Shown: positions 26,101 through 38,279 of the stretch, piece by piece
Layout: each line of letters opens with the position of its first letter
Position numbering within the stretch: the stretch's first letter is position 1
Assembly: GCA_038087875.1 (NCBI GenBank)
Contig: JAXLNO010000672.1
Span: 1 to 64,000, forward strand
Origin: Malacoraja senta
Taxonomy: Eukaryota
DNA: 64,000 nt
Direction of reading: 5' to 3'
Position numbers and translations under genes: made by a program
Notes under the pieces: model-generated
Seen by the model: the letters and a program-made list of their open reading frames with translations, nothing else
Databases searched by the model: none
What the model was told of the DNA's origin: nothing

Positions 26101-26430
26101 TTGTACTCGCTAGAATTTAGAAGATTGAGGGGGGATCTTATAGAAATGTACAAAATTCTTAAGGGGTTGGACAGGCTAGATGCAGGAAGATTGTTCGCGA
26201 TGTTGGGGAAGTCCAGAACAAGGGGTCACAGTTTAAGGATAAGGGGGAAATCTTTTAGGACCGAGATGAGGAAAACATTTTTCACACAGAGAGTGGTGAA
26301 TCTCTGGAATTCTCTGCCACAGAAGGTAGTTGAGGCCAGTTCATTGGCTATATTTAAGAGGGAGTTAGATGTGGCCCTTGTGGCTAAAGGGATCAGGGGA
26401 TATGGAGAGAAAGCAGGTACAGGATACTGA
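23111..26430 (+). pseudogene. CR1 ORF2 (APE endonuclease + RT) with stops and insertions
   Basis: VGITETWL, IGDFN, SDHN, YLDFQKAFDKV, GVPQGSVLGP, KFADDTK across ORFs 23111, 24042, 24625, 25000 and 26059. Confidence 0.92.
23902..24121. mobile_element. Penelope-derived hairpin element with 15-bp TSD
   Basis: TSD atggttagttagcag at 23887-23901 and 24122-24136; near-perfect inverted arms of about 88 bp around tcagac. Confidence 0.9.
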
Positions 26431-28718
26431 GTTGGATGATCAGCCATGATCATATCGAATGGCGGTGCAGGCTCGAACGGCCGAATGGCCTACTCCTGCA
26501 TCTATTTTCTATGTTTCTATGGTGTAATCCAGGTCACATAACTGTGAAAGATAAGATCTGTTGTCTGGATATTGAGCTCCTGGCGGTTGGACTGAGACCT
26601 TATTATGTACCGAGGGAGTTCTCCCACATTGTCGCCATTATTGTTTACGCGACACAGCGGAGCCTGGAGTCACGTGTGACGTCATCCAAGAGTCTGTCGC
26701 GAGATTACCGACCCGACACCCGGATGTACTCATTGCCATATCACGGGACTTCAATCATATGAACATCAGCCCCCACTTGTCAGGCTTCTCTCAGTATGTT
26801 GACTGTCCCACAAGGCACAGTAAGACTCTGGACTTGTGCTATGTCAATGTCAAGGAGGCCTATAGTGTCTTAGCCTTTCCACCGCTTGGCAAATCAGATC
26901 ACAACCTGGTTTATCTAAGGCCTTCTTACAAACCCTGTGTACTGAGACAGCCTACAACCACCTGGTCTTTCAGAAAGTGAACACCAGAGGCCAGTGAATC
27001 ACTGTTGGCCTGCTTTCAATGCACAGACTGGGGCATCCCCTCAACTGTTCTTCACGGCGGACGAGGTGAGAGCTGAGCTGAGGAGGTTGGGCCCTGGTAA
27101 AGCAGCTGGCCCTGATGGTGTATGTCCCAGGCTACTGAAAGACTGTGCGGCTCAGCTGGCAGAGCCTCTCCAGACCCTTTTCAACCTGAGCCTCCAGTCG
27201 GGGAGGGTACCAGGTCTGTGGAAAACATCATGTCTCGTGCCGGTTCCCAAAGCAGGGCGGCCGACCGAGATCAACGACTACAGGCTGGTGGCCCTCACAT
27301 CCCATATCATGAAGACAATGGAGCGGCTACTCATTCGTCTCCTGAGACCACAAGTCGAGCACGTACTAGACCCACTACAGTTTGCGTACCAGGACAACAT
27401 TGGTGTGGATGACGCAGTCCTCTACATGCTGCACCGGATCTACTCCTTTTTGGACGAACCAGGTGGCTACGTGAGGATTATGTTCTTCGACTTCTCAAGT
27501 GCGTTCAACACCATCCAACCCCTGATTCTGAATGACAAGCTTAAGCAGATGGGGGTGGACTCCACCTTTAGCTCCTGGATATACAACTACCTGATGGGTC
27601 GACCACAGTTTGTTAAGCTGGGGGACTGTGTCTCTGGCACAGTGGTGTGCAATGTTGGAGCCCCACAGGGAACGGTTCTGGTCCCGTTCCTCTTCACCCT
27701 GTATACTGCAGACTTTAACTATAAGTCTGACACATGCCACGTACAGAAATATTCAGATGGTACAGCGATTGTGGCATGTGTAAGGAGCGGGCATGAGGAG
27801 GAATACAGGAACTTGACCAGTGCCTTCTGTGCCTGGAGTAAAGAGAACTGTCTCATCCTGAACACAACTAAGACTAAAGAGATGGTGGTTAACTTTGGCA
27901 GGTCCAAGCTCCCCCTTCAGCCGGTCAACGCTGCAGGGGCTGACATTGAGGTGGTGCAGACATATAAATACCTTGGAGTGCACCTGGATAACAAACTGGA
28001 CTGGTCTGTCAACTCTGACGCCCTCTACAAAAAAGGCCAGAGCAGACTCTTTTTCCTCAGAAGGCTCAAATCCTTCAATGTGCGTAATGATATGCTGCAC
28101 ATGTTTTACAACACTGTGGTCGCAAGTGTTATTTTCTATGCTGTTGTCTGCTGGGGCAACAGCATTAGTGCAAAAAACAACAAGAAGCTGGACAAACTGG
28201 TTAAACGAGCTAGCTCAGTGCTGGAGGGGAGAGTGGACTCTGGGAAGGATGTGCTTGAGAGGCATAAGAGGCGCAAGGTGCAGGTCATCCTGAAAAACCC
28301 CGGGCATCCCCTCCATGTAATTCTGGAGAGTCAAGAGCACTCGGAACAACAACCGGCTCCTCTCCCTGCGCTGTAGAACGGAGCGGTTCAGGAGATCCTT
28401 CACCCCTGCAGCCATTAGATTTTATAATTCGGACCGCTAGGCTGTAGGGGGATGCATTTTTGCATTTTAATTTTTTTTTAATTGTTAATTATTGGTCTTT
28501 TAAAGTATTTATTGCTCTCAGGTAGTGTCCGCATTGTATTTTATATACTTTCTGTCTGCGTTCGTTTTGAATGTGTGGGTTTGTTGGTTGGGGGCTTCTG
28601 GACATCTGAATTTCCCTGAGGGATCAATAAAGTATTTATTATTATTATAATTATTAATTATATAATAAAAAAATAATATGATGAATATAATTGTGAGTGG
28701 TTTTTTAATGACACTGTC

Positions 28719-29076
28719 GCAGAGGTCCTGCTCCTGAACCAGCCTAATTAATGGGTGTGGGCAGTTCTTCCTCCCTTTACTGAACCTCATTGACTGCCAG
28801 TGTGCAGAGTGGGGGTCACGGCCATAGTGGGACTGGGGCAGTTCCAGGCTGGGGGACAGTCCTGCAAGGCATCTTCCAGTCGCTTTAATAAGACATTTAA
28901 TGAGACTGCAGCAGAGGTCCCAGGTTTTAAGGGCTCATGAACCTGCCTAATTAAAGGGTCAGGACAGATTCTCTGGGTTCCCCCGTTGACTGAACCCCAC
29001 TGACTGCCATAGTGGGGAGAGTGGGGGTAACGGCCATAGTGGGACTGGGGCAGTGCCAGGCTGGGTGACAGACCTG
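28719..29076. repeat. Two diverged tandem copies of a ~190-bp unit
   Basis: gcagaggtcc...gcctaatta...acggccatagtgggactggggcagt..caggctggg at 28719 and 28911. Confidence 0.75.
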
Positions 29077-29282
29077 TTAGAGACCTGTCTTATTTCTGAT
29101 GTAAATGTCACATTCTGCCCAAGAATCGAATGCTCTGATGTTTACTCGATGAGTATATATTTTAAGCTACAATGAGCCTATATTTATGTTAGAGACCCCC
29201 CGATTGTGCCTTTGCAAATGAGGGCTATTACCTTTAACCTAAAATAACCCTAAAAGTGTTGCATTGTTTGAGTATCTGTAGT

Positions 29283-29515
29283 TTGTGTGTGTGTCTGTGT
29301 ATACCTGTCAAACGTGTATCTGTGGATGTGTGTATGTATGTGTGGATGGATGGATGTGTGGATGTATTTGTGTACATGGATGTGTACATGTATGTCTGCG
29401 TGCGGATGGATGTGTGTATGTGTGTGTGTGTGTGTGCATGCATGGAAGTGTGCGTACGGATGGATGTGTGTGTGGATGTGTGTATGTATGTATGTATGTG
29501 TGGATGGGTGGGTGG
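29283..29515. repeat. Degenerate (GT)n/(ATGT)n microsatellite
   Basis: Direct inspection. Confidence 0.9.
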
Positions 29516-30301
29516 ACTGTCACACTGTCATTCACCAGCACTCCATTATCATAAGTAATTCAGTCATTGTTTAAATAATTTGACCAAATAAACAGTGAAA
29601 CGATCGACATTAAAATAAAACTTTATATAATCATTTATTTCCCCAATTTATTTGTTTACATTACATCTGATCTTCATCTGAATATTCTTCATCAGATTCC
29701 AAGTCTTTTGATAAGTTTTGATAAGTCCATTGATAAGTTAGTTCAAGTTCAAGTAGAGGGTCAGGCAGAGGCTACAAAAACCCCCCATCTCATAGTCATT
29801 GTCTGCATGGACTTCAATTAATAAAATTTCAACCTCTGCTTAATGTTAATGAGAATAACACTGTTACTACCATAGATAAATTAGTTCAAGTTCACATACA
29901 CCAATTCATTTCTATGTAAACATCAGCCATTTCTGACCATTTCTCACTCCAATCGAAGCCTATAAAGTGCGATCAATATTCCTCTGTTTTTCTCCCGTGG
30001 TCGGGGCCTGGAAACGGCCACTACGGACAGCACAATGTACAGCCTTCCCCCTTCCCCCTCCCCGCGGAGATGATCCAAACACACTCCGTGTTCGCGAATC
30101 GCCCGCTTCTTAATTGAGACCGTGGCTTCACTATGTTAAGTACATAGGCTCTGCGGTCAGAGCACTTTTTCCCAGTAGGTCATCGCAGGCAGCTCCGAGA
30201 ATAGATGTTAAAGAAAACTTATTAGACTTCAACAAGCTGGCATTAATGAAAATGTTTAATTTACTTTGTTATGGATACACATAGTTTAGGCCCTCAACTT
30301 C

Positions 30302-30378
30302 ATGAATGAATGAATGAATGAATGAGTGAATGAATGAATGAATGAATGAATGAGTGAGTGAATGAATGAGTGAATGAA
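30302..30378. repeat. (GAAT)n microsatellite
   Basis: Direct inspection. Confidence 0.95.
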
Positions 30379-30479
30379 TAGCCTTCAAATCTCATTTTTT
30401 CACATTATAAAATTGGTGCAATTAAATTAATTAAATTCCATACAGATTAATTTTCATAGATTCAGACTTTAGATCTTAC

Positions 30480-30748
30480 CTTTCAGTTCCAGTTGATTCA
30501 CAATGTTTCACTGGTTTCACGACTTGGCTGTCCTCTTTGTGTTGCAGCACCTCAGCAGGGACTTTGCTTTCAATGCTTTGTTCCACTTCTATCCACTTAG
30601 CTGCACATTCTTCAGACTTCTTAATGCTTTTCTCACTAAATTCAATTACCCTGCTGCAAGTTTCCACAACATGTATTCCACAGAACAACAAAGAACCTTC
30701 ATCGGAATCTCCAGTAAAACAGGCATCAGTAGAAGTACTCTCAGCCAT
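30480..30748 (-). pseudogene. Candidate first coding exon of the TIR element's gene
   Basis: ATG in catcATGG context, open 89-codon frame ending at AAG|GTAAGA donor, two upstream CCAAT boxes, just inside the right TIR. Confidence 0.45.
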
Positions 30749-31239
30749 GATGTGTGCTCCCTGCCTAGCTAGCCTGAAACAAAGCGCGTGATTGGCTAAC
30801 TGGCGTAAGACTCAATGTCAAGCGTGTTTTGATTGGACTAAAAATACCGGAAATTTTTCAGTTCTTTCTCTAATTTAATAAAAAATGTGCAAGTTTTGTT
30901 CTTGACGAGTTTCAGGGATGATTTATATAATATTTTTACACAATATGTGAAAAATTCATGTAGTTCCGTGTTGGGTCACGAAACTGCACAAAAAAGCTCC
31001 TCGGCCCACAGCCTATTATGCTGGAAGACAAACAAATTTTGAGCAGAGCAAAGTGTGTCTTTCTCCAAATTGATGGTCTTCCAGCAGTACTTGATCTTTG
31101 TCTTGTATGCATCCTTGGGAACAGCCGATGGATCAATGAGTCCTCAGTTACTCAACATTTACAAGATCTCAGTTGCCCCCCAGGCTCCTAAGAAACCTTT
31201 CCCCTATTACCTTGAACCTATGTTCTCTGGTTCTTGACT

Positions 31240-31555
31240 CCCCTACTTATGGTAAAAACTCTGTGCATTCACCCTCTTTGTTTATGATTTCACACACGTC
31301 CATAAGATCATTCCTCAGCCTCCTGTCCTCCAACGAATAAAATCCTAGCCTGCTCCTGCTCTCCCTGTTGCTCAGGCCCTCGAGCCCTGGCAACATCTTC
31401 GTAAATCTTCTCTGCCCTTTTTCCAGCTTGGCGGTATCTTTCCTTTGAGTGACCAAAACTGAACACCATGCTCCAAATGCGACCTCACCTATGTGCACCT
31501 TCTATACCAAATACTTTTACCAATGAAGGCCAATGTACTGAAAGCCTTCTTACAA
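31240..31555 (-). mobile_element. Degraded CR1 3' fragment
   Basis: LEKGQRRFTKMLPGLEGLS motif. Confidence 0.75.
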
Positions 31556-32590
31556 TATGATATGATAGAACTGTATTTATCCCAGGAGGGCAATTCATCT
31601 GCCAACAGTCATAAAACACAAAATACATGAAACATGAAATTAAAGTGATGAGTGGATAGGATTGGGGATGTGCCAAGATTGGGGAAGAGGAGGGGGGGGG
31701 GTAAGTCTACCCCACGACAGAAGGGGGAAGATTTGTTATTTTGATAGCCGCAGGGAAGAAAAATCTCCTATACTGCATCTTGGTGGAACCAGTCTGTTGC
31801 TGAAGGTACTCCACAGGTTGACCAGTGTGTCATGGAGGGGGTGAGCTGTGTTGTCCAGGATGCTGTACAGTTTGAGGAGCATCCTCACCTCCAAGACCAC
31901 TTCCCAAGAATCCAACTCTGCCCCCAGCACGGAGCCAGCCTTCCTGAGGAGTTTGTTAATCCTGTTGGCGTCCGCAGCCTTAGCCCTGCTGCCCCAGCAC
32001 ACGCCAGCAATGATGATGGCACTGGCTACCACCGATTGGTAGAACATCTGCAGCATCTTACTGCAGACGTTGAAGGAGCGGAGCTTTCCCCAAAAGTACA
32101 GCCGGCTCCATCCCTTCTTGTACAGGGACTCAGCGTTCCTGGACCAGTCCAATTTACTGTCCAGGTACACAAGATAGTTGTACTCCCTCCTAAAGTCCAC
32201 CACCAACTCCTTAGTCTTGTTGGTGTGGAGCTGCAGGTGATTCAGCCCACACCACTCAACAAAGTCATTGACTACACCTCTGTATTCAGCTTCCCTCCCC
32301 TCTCTGATGCAGCCCACAATTACAAAGTTATCTGAAAACTTCTGCAGGCGGCAGGAGTCTGAGTTATATCTGAAGTACGAGGAGTAGATGCTTAAACAGG
32401 AGGGAGAGAGGACCGTCCCAAGTGGGCCCCTGTGTTGCTCACTACCATGTCTGAGACACAGTTCTGTAGCCTGACATATTGTGGTCATCCAGTCAGGTAC
32501 TTGGTGATCCAGGACACTAATGGAGCATCCACCCGCATCTTCGTCAGTTTTCTCCCTGGCACTGCAGGCTGGATGGATGGTGTCAAATAT
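31556..32590 (-). mobile_element. Rex1/Babar LINE 3' fragment
   Basis: ORF 31736..32668: GTVLSP, QKFSDN, LHTNKTKELVVDFRR, AHPLH; tail (tatca)n. Confidence 0.85.
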
Positions 32591-32949
32591 ATGATAGGGA
32601 GATGGTAATAAAAAGCAATAAATATAATGATGTTTAAAACAGCAGAATGTTACAAGATTGTAGAGCAATCTGAAGTAGGCTAAAAAACAATTAAAGGCCA
32701 GTTAATTTACTTTAGGTATTGGGCGACTGCTCATACTTTTTTTGTAATTCATAATTACAAGCTTGTAACATATGAAATCATTTTTATCCTAGAAAGGGGA
32801 ATATTTTCCAGGCGTAGTGGTCTCTGTAAGACGGAGTTCTCAAAAACAAGTTTGGAACTCCCATCCGTCAGCATTTTCAAACAGGAAGCTGCTGCTATAA
32901 TTGATTTTGAATCTGTTCAGTTTATCGGAATCATTAAATGTATTATTTT

Positions 32950-35900
32950 GGTAGTCGTCGAGCCCCCTTCTCTCACTCCTTACGGTGCTGCCTCTTTGTC
33001 TCTGCCACACGCCGTAGTTCCATTTCGTGACGTGTAGCTCCTTCCTGTACGGATTTCCTCCAGGAGCGCCTGTCCAGTGCAATGTGATCCCAGTTGCTCG
33101 ATGTGATGTGGAATTTCTTCAGACTGTTCTTGATGTTGTCCTTGAAGTGTTTCTTTGACCCGCCCGGAGCTCGCCGACCTTCCTTCAATTGAGAATACAG
33201 GATCTGTTTAGGGAGATGAGTGTTGGACATGCGGATGACATGGCCAGTCCATCAAAGTTGGTGCTGCATTATTGTGGTGGTGATGCTGGTCATGTTGGCT
33301 TCCTCCAAAATGCTGATGTTGGTGTGTTTGTCCTCCCAGCTGATCCTCAGAATCTTTCGTAAGGATCTTTGATGGTGATGTTCCAGGCCTCTCAGGTGCC
33401 AGCTGTAGGTGGTCTATGACTCGGCTCCATACAACAGGGTGGAGAGGACAACGGCTCTGTAGACCAGCAGTCTTGTTTGAGCCTTTAGGTCTCGGTCTTT
33501 AAAGACTCTTTTCCTGAGTCTGGCATAGGCTCCACTGGCACAACTCAGGCGATGGTTGACCTCAGAGTCGATGTCAGCTTTTGAGGAAAGAATGCTGCCA
33601 AGGTAGGGGAAGTGGTCAACGTTTTCAAGAGTGGTGTTGTTCCCTTTTATAGTGGGCTGGGTAGACGGCTGGTTGGGTGGAGGTTGATGTAGGACCTGAG
33701 TCTTCTTGATATTTAAGGCTAGGCTCATGGCTCTGTATGCCTTGGCAAAAGCATTCAGGATGCCCTGGAGGTCTTCTGCAGAGTGTGCTGAAATGGCTCA
33801 GTCGTCCGCTTACTGAAGCTCCATGATGTCGGTGTTACTGACTTTGCTCTTGGCCTTCAACCTATTAAGGTTGAAGAGCCCACTGTCAGTTCTGTAGAGG
33901 ATTGGGATCCCCTTTGACAGCTCTTCACCAATGAGATGAAGTATGGCAGCAATGAAGATGACAAACAGGGTGGGTGCGATGATGCATCCCTGTTTGACCC
34001 CCGTTTCCATAGTGAAAGGCTCAGACTCAGAGCAGCAGTTGCTGAGCACTGTGACCGACATGCCTCAATATTCTGATGTACTTGTCGTGGCAACCGTACC
34101 TTGATAGTATGCTCCAAAGAGCCTGGCAGTCTACCGAGTCAAAAGCCTTTGTCAGGTCTATGAAGGCCATGTACAAAGGCTTTGTTCACAGCATTTCTCC
34201 TGGAGTTGGCGTTCTGTGAATATCATATCTGCTGTACCTCTGGATGGGCGGATGCCACACTGTGATTCTGGAGTACCTCTGCAGACTGTGGTAGAAGCCA
34301 GAGCAAGAGCGAGAGCGAGACACGGGAGCGAGATGCCCCTGTAGTTTCCACATTCAGCCTTGTCCCCCTTCTTAAAAATGGTCACTATTAGAACATCCCT
34401 GAGTTCTGAGGGAAGTCTTTTTCCCAGACCTTGAGGAGTAGGGCGTGGATGTGGTACAGGAGCTCCAGTCCACCTTCCTTTAAGATCTCAGCTGGGATCC
34501 CATCTGGACCGGTGGCCTTGTTGTTCTTAAGACTCTTGATGGCATCTTGAACCTCTGTCATAGTGAGAGGTTCTTCCATGTCTACTCTGATGGGACTCTG
34601 GGGGATGAGGTGGATAATGTCTGGTTCAGTTGTGCTGTCATGGTTGATGAGTTCCTGGAAGTGCTCCTTCCATCCGGCGTTAATGTACTCATTGTCCTTC
34701 AGCAGTTCTTGCCCGTCTTTTGAGCGCAGGGGGGTTAAGCCGTGATAGCTTGGGCCATAGACGGCCTTAGTAGCGCTGAAGAAGCCTCTGGTGTCACCTG
34801 AGTCTGCCAGTCTCTGGATTTCCAGAGCCTTTTCTGTCCACCAAGAGTTCTTTAGCTCCCTCACCCAGCTCTGGACATCCGCCTTGGCTCTGGAGTGAGC
34901 CGCTCTTTTAGCCTTGCAGGTTACATCATTTTGCCAGGAACGAAAGGCTTTCCTTTTCTTGGAGACGAGCTGTTCTATCTCTGCATCGTTCTCGTCAAAT
35001 CAGTCCTGGTGTTTTCTGGACTTGGACCCAAGGATGTTTTTACAGGTATCAAGGACGGTGGATTTGAGCCGGCTCCAGTGCCCTTCAATGTCATCAGGAT
35101 ATTCCTGTTGGAGGCTTTCCCCAAGAGAAGCCTGAAGTCGCTGCTGGGTGGCAGTTTCCTCCAGGCTTTCAAGGTCCAGCCTTGGCCGGATCTGCTTCGT
35201 TTAAATCCTCTTGAGTTTGATGGACATCATGGAGCGGATGAGGCGATGATCTGTCCAGCAGTCATCTGCATCGATCATGGCCCTTGTGATGTTCACGTCA
35301 AGGTGGTCCCTGGCTTGTACAATGGCATAGTCAATGAGATGCCAGTATTTGGAGCGTGGGTGTCTCCAAAATGCCTTAAGTTTGTTTTTCTGGCAAAAGA
35401 GGGTGTTAGTGATGATGAGGTCGGGCTTAGCACATTTGCTGAGAAGCAGAGCTCCATTAGAGTTGATGTTCCTGATGGTACCCGGACGTGGCGCCGACAG
35501 ACGAGAAGCCGAAGCAAAGAAGTCTAAGCCAAAGAACCGAATGGAAACGAGGCCGAAATGCCAATAAACCGAAAGAGTACGAAGACGAAACACCTACTAA
35601 CCGAAAGGACGCCTAAATGCAAACTAACCGAAAGGACGCCTAAATGCAAACTAACTGAAAGGGTGGGGCGCCTACACGCCAAAGTCGGCGTTACCTACAC
35701 GCCAAAGGACCGACTGCCGCTCAACAGAAAAGTCCAATAACGGTCATGACGTTGCCGGGGGGCGGGACTTGTCAGCGATTGGTCCAGATCCCCGCGTCCA
35801 TCATATCACTGTGATGGGATGAACATTGTCCCATACCTCCGCTCCACCCGACCCACAGCCCACGGAGGGTGGCCGTGGGCGAGTGGGGGCTGTCCCGAGG

Positions 35901-37510
35901 GATGCGCACCTTCGGCCGCTTTCAACGGTGCTTGGGTTCAGATTGCCTATGGCTTGTGTGGGAAAAGGACCCCCACGCTCCCGTCTCCCCCTTCTCTCTC
36001 CCCTCTTCTCTCTCTCCCCCCTCTCTCTCTCTCCCTTCTCTCTCTCCCCCTTCTCTCTCTCCTCCTCTCTCTCCCCTCTTCTCTCTGTTCTCTTCTCTCT
36101 CTCCTCCTCTCTCTCCCCTCTTCTCTCTCTCCCCTTCTCTCTCTCCCCCTCTCTCCCTTCTCTCTCCCCCCCTCTCTCTCTCCCTTCTCTCTCTCTCCGC
36201 CTCTCTCCCTCCCTTCTCTCTCCCATTCTCTCTTTTCTCTCTTCCCCTCCTCTATCTCCCTTCTCTCTCTCTCCCTTCTCTCTCCCTCCCTTCTCTCTCC
36301 CCACCTTCTCTCTCTCCTCCTCTCTCTTCCCCTCCTCTCTGCCCCCCTCTCTCTCCCTTCTCTCCTCTCTTTCTCTCCCCCCTTCTATCTCTCCTCCGTC
36401 TCCACCAGCGGGAGCGTCCCACAGTCATTGACCGCGATGCACCGCCATCGGACCCCAACCCCACACCAGGCTAAAGCAAAGGCCGTTAGGACAGGGAAAT
36501 AATGCCACCAGTTAATTAACCAAAAACTGGCAGCCGTCCATGTGAAAATGAAGGCACTGTGAAACCAGTGGCCGCAAGCCCTTCCCACGGGATGGGGTTT
36601 TAATTCGGCATTAAAAATCAAAACAGAGTTACATTAATTTAAAGACAAAAATGTTTCATGTATAAATCGTTCTTACATTCGGGAACATAGTTAATTAACT
36701 GACATTATTTCCCTGTGATTCCATCCATTCCATCCATCCCTCCCTCGCAAAGATGTGAGATCTCAATTTGAGCGCACTTGTTTGAAGTCGGGGGGGGGGG
36801 GGGGGATCACCCTTGTGTGGGGGTTGGGGTCCGATGGCAGTGCATCGCGGTCAGTGACTGTGGGACGCTCCCGCTGGTGGAGACGGAGGAGAGAGAGAAG
36901 GGGGAGAGAAGGGGAGAGAGGGGGGGGAGAGAGGAGGTGAAGAGAGAGGAGGAGGGAGAGAAGGGAGGGAGAGAGAGGGGGGAGAGAGAGGAGGGGAAGA
37001 GAGAAAAGAGTGGCCATTCGGTAAGTTTGCTTTTAGGCGATGCAGCTTTTCGGTTCGTTGGCTGTTAGGTGTCCCGCCCTTTCGGTTAGTTTGCACTTAG
37101 GCGTCCCATCCTTTCGGTTAGTAGGCGTTTCGTCTTCGTACTCTTTCGGTTTATTGCCGTTTTGGCCTCGTTTCCATTCGGTTCTTTGGCTTCGACTTCT
37201 TTGCTTCGGCTTCTCGTCCGTTGGCGCCATGTCCGCACATGGTTCCCGATGCCTTCCTTTGCTATGGTACCCTTCTCCTCCCTGGGGATTTTAGACAGTG
37301 TCTCATCCAAGCAGGCGTAGAAGGTCTCTGTTACTTCCTCTTCAGAGTCTAAAGTAGGGGCATAGGCACTCACAACTGTTGCCATCTGGTTGTTGGCAAG
37401 CACTAGACGGATGGTCATGAGATGCTCACTGATTCCAGCAGGAAGTTCAGGGAGGTGGCTGATGAGCTGGTTCCTGATGGCAAACCCAACACCATGGATC
37501 CTGGGCTCCA
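32950..37510 (-). mobile_element. RTE-clade LINE, degraded, split by a TIR element at 35477-37241
   Basis: HGVGFAIR, VSAYAPT, KEGIGN|INSNGALLL, CWTDHRL, KATGPDGIPAE, GVKQGCIIAPTLF, LLYGAES, LPKQILYSQL. Confidence 0.9.
35477..37241. mobile_element. Non-autonomous MULE-like foldback element, 9-bp TSD
   Basis: TSD gttcctgat (35468-35476) / gttcccgat (37242-37250); TIRs of about 190 bp rich in ccgaa repeats starting at 35483 and ending at 37235. Confidence 0.75.
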
Positions 37511-37789
37511 AGTGGCATGGGCAATCATAGTTCATTCCACATTCCCCTTTGCTTCCCCAACTTCATGAACATTCTCTTACTTTGTGGTTCATGTATGATC
37601 TTAACTCTGAGCTGAACTGCCTTTTCCCTAAGACACCTTGTGTATGTGCACACACCCCTGCTTTTGATTCAGTCAGATATGGTGACTCACACAATGATCT
37701 CATTCAATTTCAGTCTTGCTGTATCCTCTCAATGATATTGGTGAGCAGAATGCTGCATAATAATTTGGACTCGGGTCTGGTTTTGTGGT

Positions 37790-38279
37790 GGGTTTAGTTT
37801 AGTTTATAGTTACAGCACAGGCCCACCGAGTCTGCACCGGCCAGCGATCCCTGTCCCACTTAGGCGACTCTTTAGGCGACTGGCAGGGACTAGTTTTAAT
37901 GGAATTCACCTACGACACCTGGCGACAACCTACAACAGCATCTACGACAACCTACAACAACCTACAACAGCAAAAATTGTCGCCACTGTCGCTGAAAATT
38001 TTTCAACATGTTGAAAATCTTGCGGTGGTCGCCTGTAGTCGCCCAAAAAATCGCCTAAGTTGGACAGGCCCATAACACTATCCAACAATTTTACCAAGCC
38101 AATTAACCTACAAACCTGCATGTCTTTAGAGTCTGGGAGGAAAAGATCTTGGAGAAGACCCACGCAGGCCACGGAGAGAACGCACAAACTCCGTACAGAC
38201 AAGCACCCATAGTGAGGATCGAACCCGGGTCCCTAGTGCTGTAAGGCAGTCGTTCTACCTGTACGCCACCATGCTGCCC
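37790..38279 (-). mobile_element. HE1-type V-SINE (tRNA-derived head, CR1/HER1-like tail)
   Basis: The minus strand begins gggcagcatggtggcgtacaggtag with box B gggttcgatcc, followed by central gtacggagtttgtgcgttctctccgtg. Confidence 0.8.
37850..38071. mobile_element. Harbinger-type MITE inserted in the SINE
   Basis: cctgtcccacttaggcga / tcgcctaagttggacaggccc termini, similar to the 16779 MITE termini. Confidence 0.7.

Larger units (their letters stand above)
21708..26518 (+). mobile_element. Full-length CR1 LINE (5' UTR, ORF1, ORF2, ttctatgt tail)
   Basis: atggt duplicated at 21703-21707 and 26519-26523; ORF1 and ORF2 domains in order. Confidence 0.93.
21078..28654 (+). mobile_element. Near full-length Rex1/Babar LINE split by a CR1 insertion
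   Basis: EN N-terminus (MCFTETWL..GGGLALLVNNRW, 21299-21707) continues as WCNPGHITV at 26520; RT ORF 26994..28376 (LDPLQFAY, FFDFSSAFNTI, GAPQGTVL); tail aataaagtatttattatt. The ends rest on a possible low-complexity TSD taattatata. Confidence 0.88.
20763..31015. mobile_element. Probable DNA transposon relic (Academ-like) bounded by ~150-bp imperfect TIRs
   Basis: taggctgtgggccgag...tttcgtgaccca...ggaactacatgaa at 20763 and its reverse complement ending at 31015; flanks tca / tta. Confidence 0.6.

Noticed and set aside
29234..29574. Cys/Val/Met-rich ORFs
   Set aside because: Microsatellite translations.
35801..36502. Long Ser/Leu/Pro- or Arg/Glu-rich ORFs
   Set aside because: Arise from the CT/GA low-complexity tract.
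38200..38279. tRNA gene
   Set aside because: It is the tRNA-derived head of a SINE, with no full cloverleaf.
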